A DNA stretch of 59,131 bases, taken from positions 1-59,131 of the forward strand of contig CAMDRJ010000002.1 of NCBI GenBank assembly GCA_945906755.1, written 5' to 3'. The stretch comes from Klebsiella pneumoniae. Its GTDB lineage: Bacteria; Pseudomonadota; Gammaproteobacteria; Burkholderiales; SG8-39. Shown one piece after another: positions 56,603 through 59,131 of the stretch; position 1 is the stretch's first letter, and each line of letters opens with the position of its first letter. The notes beneath the pieces were generated by a model. It was given only the letters and a program-made list of their open reading frames with translations. It was not told the DNA's origin and did no database searches. The position numbers were made by a program, and so were the translations under genes.

Positions 56603-59086
56603 ATGAAAACCGATAACACAGCGCAGACCGTAGGGTGGAAAAGCGCGGCGCATTCCACCGATGATTCCGTCGCATCCAAAAATAGCGTCGAAATACGCGA
56701 AGCCCCCGGCAAGGTCGAACCATCGCTGTTCGATCGCCCGCATAGCCTGATCGGCCGCAGCGTCCCCCGACCCAACGCGCCGCGCGCGGTCGCCGGGCGT
56801 GGCAAGTACACCGATGACATCACGCTGCCTCGCATGTTGCATGCCGCGTTTTATCGCAGCCCGTATGCGCATGCAAAGATTCTTCGCATCGATACATCGA
56901 AGGCTGCGCGACAACCGGGCGTCATCAAGATCGCCACTGGCGCCGATGTTGCCAAGCGCTGCAAGACGATGTTTGGTTACCTCTCGTGTTTCGTCGGCAT
57001 GAAGGTCACGCCGCAACATGCAATGGCGGTGGATCGCGCCTGCTGGCATGGCGAGCCGGTGGCGATCGTGGTGGCGGGTACCCGCGCGCAGGCTGAAGAC
57101 GCTGCCGAGCTGATCGAAGTCGAATGGGAAGAGCTGCCGGTCGTCATCGAGAAAGAAACCGCGCTTGATCCGGGTTCGCCGGTATTGCATGCGGGGCTTG
57201 GCGACAATCTCATGTTTGAAAAGGTGATCGGCTCCGGTGATGTCGATGCGGTGTTTGCCAAGGCCGATCATGTGCTCGAAGAAACCTTCCATTTCGGGCG
57301 GCATACAGCGGTGAGTCTGGAGCCGCGCGGCATGCTGGCCGATTACGACCCGGCGAGCGAACTTCTGACGCTTTATACGAGCAGCCAAGTGCCGCACATG
57401 ATTCAGACGGTGTTCGCGCGGCTGCTTGGCGTGCCCGAACACAAGCTGCGCGTCGTCGCACCCGATGTCGGTGGATCGTTCGGCATGAAAATACACACCT
57501 ATGGCGATGAGCTGGCCACAGTAGCGATGGCGATCGAGCTGGGCCGCCCGGTGAAGTTCGTCGCCGATCGGATGGAGTCGTTCGTCTCCGACATCCATGC
57601 GCGTGAGAATCGCGTCAAGGCACGCATCGCGGTGAGCAAAGACGGCATATTGCAAGCGATGGAAATTGACGATCGATCCGGTGTCGGCGCCTATTCGCAA
57701 TATCCGCGCACCAGTGCGTTCGAGGCGAATCAGATCCTCAACATCACTGGCGGTCCGTACGCCCATGCGCATTACCGCGCAAAGGCGCAGGTTGTCTATC
57801 TCAATAAAGTGCCGACGTCGCAGTATCGGGCGGTAGGGCATCCGATCGGCATCGCAGTCGGTGAAGCGATGATGGATAGGGCCGCAGCGGTGACCGGGCT
57901 CGATCCGGTTGCGATTCGGCGCAAGAACGTGATGCGCGACGATTCCTATCCGCGCGTGACCGCAGCGGGCCTTAAGGTGCAGGATCTCTCGCATCAAGCC
58001 TGTCTTGAGAAACTGGTCGCCCGCATGAACTACGATGCGTTGCGCGCCGAGCAGGCCGCGCTCCGCAACAAGGGCATTTACCGCGGCATCGGCATCGCAT
58101 CGTTCATCAAAGGGACGGCCCCTGGACCCGATGGCTACTATGGCATTGGCGGCGCGCCGATCGCCTCGCAAGACGCGACGATGGTGAAGCTCGAACCGTC
58201 GGGCGCCATCATCTGTGCAGTGGGGGTGAGCGAACAAGGGCAGGGCGTCAACACGATCATCGGTCAAATCGCGGCGGATGCGATTGGTGTGCCACTCGAT
58301 CGTGTGCGCGTTATTTCGGGCGACACCGAAGCCACGCCGTATGGCGGTGGCACCTATGCATCGCGCGCCACCGCAATCGGCGGTGAGGCCACTTGGCAAG
58401 CGGGTCGCGCATTGCGCAAAGAGATTCTTCGCATCGCCGGTGCGCTGCTTAAAGCCGATGCAGCGACGCTCGATATTTTCGAAGGCAACGTGGTGGATGC
58501 CGCCACCAAGCATGTGCGCGTAACCTTGGCCGAGATCGGCCGCATCGCCCACTTCCAAGTGGGGGAATTGCCGCCCGACATCCAACCCGAGGTGATGGTG
58601 ACCCGCCATTACCGTATGGTGGGCAATCTGTACATCTTCACCAACGGGGTGCACGGTTCTTACGTCGAAGTCGATACCGATACCGGATTTATTAAACTTC
58701 TCAAGCACTGGATTGTCGAAGACTGCGGTCGCATTATCAATCCCAATCTCACTGATGAACAGGTGCGCGGTGGCTGCGTGCAGGGGATTGGCGGCGGCAT
58801 GTATGAACATTGCATCTACGATGCGACAGGACAATTACAGAACGGCACCATGGTCGATTACCTCACGCCGATGGCAGGCGAAATGCCAGATATCGATGTC
58901 GCGCATGTGCAAACGCCCACCACAATCACCACGCTTGGCGCCAAGGGAGCAGGTGAATCCGGTACCGGCGCGGCGCCGGGCGCTGTGATGTGCGCGGTCA
59001 ACGATGCGATCCGATCGCTTGGCGCGCGTGTGACGGAGCAGCCGATGACCCCAGCGGTTATTCTGAAAGCGTTGGGTCGGTACTAA
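56603..59086 (+). CDS. Molybdenum hydroxylase molybdopterin-binding (large, CoxL/aldehyde-oxidase/xanthine-dehydrogenase family) subunit
   Basis: 827 aa. LIGRSVPRPNAPRAVAGRGKYTDD N-terminal block, with GGSFG and GAKGAGESG blocks. The active-site loop reads QYRAVGHP rather than the CODH motif. The N-terminal ~45 aa are atypical and contain a REP copy. Confidence 0.88.
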   Translation: MKTDNTAQTVGWKSAAHSTDDSVASKNSVEIREAPGKVEPSLFDRPHSLIGRSVPRPNAPRAVAGRGKYTDDITLPRMLHAAFYRSPYAHAKILRIDTSKAARQPGVIKIATGADVAKRCKTMFGYLSCFVGMKVTPQHAMAVDRACWHGEPVAIVVAGTRAQAEDAAELIEVEWEELPVVIEKETALDPGSPVLHAGLGDNLMFEKVIGSGDVDAVFAKADHVLEETFHFGRHTAVSLEPRGMLADYDPASELLTLYTSSQVPHMIQTVFARLLGVPEHKLRVVAPDVGGSFGMKIHTYGDELATVAMAIELGRPVKFVADRMESFVSDIHARENRVKARIAVSKDGILQAMEIDDRSGVGAYSQYPRTSAFEANQILNITGGPYAHAHYRAKAQVVYLNKVPTSQYRAVGHPIGIAVGEAMMDRAAAVTGLDPVAIRRKNVMRDDSYPRVTAAGLKVQDLSHQACLEKLVARMNYDALRAEQAALRNKGIYRGIGIASFIKGTAPGPDGYYGIGGAPIASQDATMVKLEPSGAIICAVGVSEQGQGVNTIIGQIAADAIGVPLDRVRVISGDTEATPYGGGTYASRATAIGGEATWQAGRALRKEILRIAGALLKADAATLDIFEGNVVDAATKHVRVTLAEIGRIAHFQVGELPPDIQPEVMVTRHYRMVGNLYIFTNGVHGSYVEVDTDTGFIKLLKHWIVEDCGRIINPNLTDEQVRGGCVQGIGGGMYEHCIYDATGQLQNGTMVDYLTPMAGEMPDIDVAHVQTPTTITTLGAKGAGESGTGAAPGAVMCAVNDAIRSLGARVTEQPMTPAVILKALGRY
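56629..56660 (+). repeat. REP-like element, family 2 (CGTAGGGTGGAAAAGCGCGGCGCATTCCACCG), embedded in frame in the 5' end of the large-subunit ORF
   Basis: Matches the reverse complement of 54931-54963 with only a few mismatches. Internal stem GGTGGAA/TTCCACC. It is translated as TVGWKSAAHST. Confidence 0.75.
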
Positions 59087-59131
59087 GTATGAGGCGATTA
59101 TCGCGGCCCCTCTCCCGCATTGGGGCGAGGG

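Noticed and set aside
56201-58834. 877-aa minus-strand ORF antisense to the molybdopterin large-subunit gene
   Set aside because: It overlaps entirely with a plus-strand gene that carries strong family motifs. The antisense product is Arg/His/Asp-rich, low in complexity, and has no recognisable domain.
55242-59086. Interpretation as a genuine aerobic carbon-monoxide dehydrogenase (coxMSL)
   Set aside because: The large subunit lacks the VAYRCSFR active-site signature, and no coxD, coxE, coxF or coxG-type genes are visible in the window. It is retained only as a generic molybdenum hydroxylase.
1-59131. Mobile genetic element or genomic island boundaries (integrase, transposase, tRNA attachment site, long terminal repeats)
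   Set aside because: I recognised no integrase or transposase ORF, no tRNA gene, and no long direct or inverted terminal repeats. The two lower-GC genes are isolated singletons without flanking repeats.

Overview
GC-rich proteobacterial chromosomal DNA. The mix of many orphan Bug/TctC binding proteins, TRAP and Liv-type importers, and LLM, VOC and amidohydrolase enzymes looks Burkholderiales-like; this taxonomic call is inference only. I support about 50 genes. In order, they are: a Liv-type ABC importer operon with two tandem paralogous binding proteins; an IlvD/Edd dehydratase coupled to a class II aldolase; a full TRAP system; a fused FAD-monooxygenase/OYE-reductase of the salicylyl-/2-aminobenzoyl-CoA type; a LigJ-like/Bug/LigB-like/MetE-like operon; a metal-uptake cluster with no ATPase (DUF2946-like, porin, ZnuA-like, ZnuB-like); three LLM oxidoreductases; a hydrolase/FAH/SDR/IDH-family/VOC catabolic block; and a CoxM-S-L-type molybdenum hydroxylase. 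I recognised no rRNA, tRNA, CRISPR array, IS element, integrase, or known defence system. Several signals lie outside ordinary annotation. Four genes are disrupted or truncated: an in-frame TAA, a frameshift, an in-frame TAG with truncation, and a 5' truncation. Two REP-like repeat families are present, and a copy of one sits in frame inside a coding 5' end. A 39-nt tandem repeat lies in the dctQ-like 5' end. Two lower-GC orphan genes encode secreted proteins. I could not recognise any DNA-binding transcription factor in the window. No single clearly novel system stands out. The best candidates are the ATPase-less metal cluster, the ring-cleavage operon that ends in a MetE-like gene, and the dehydratase-aldolase pair.
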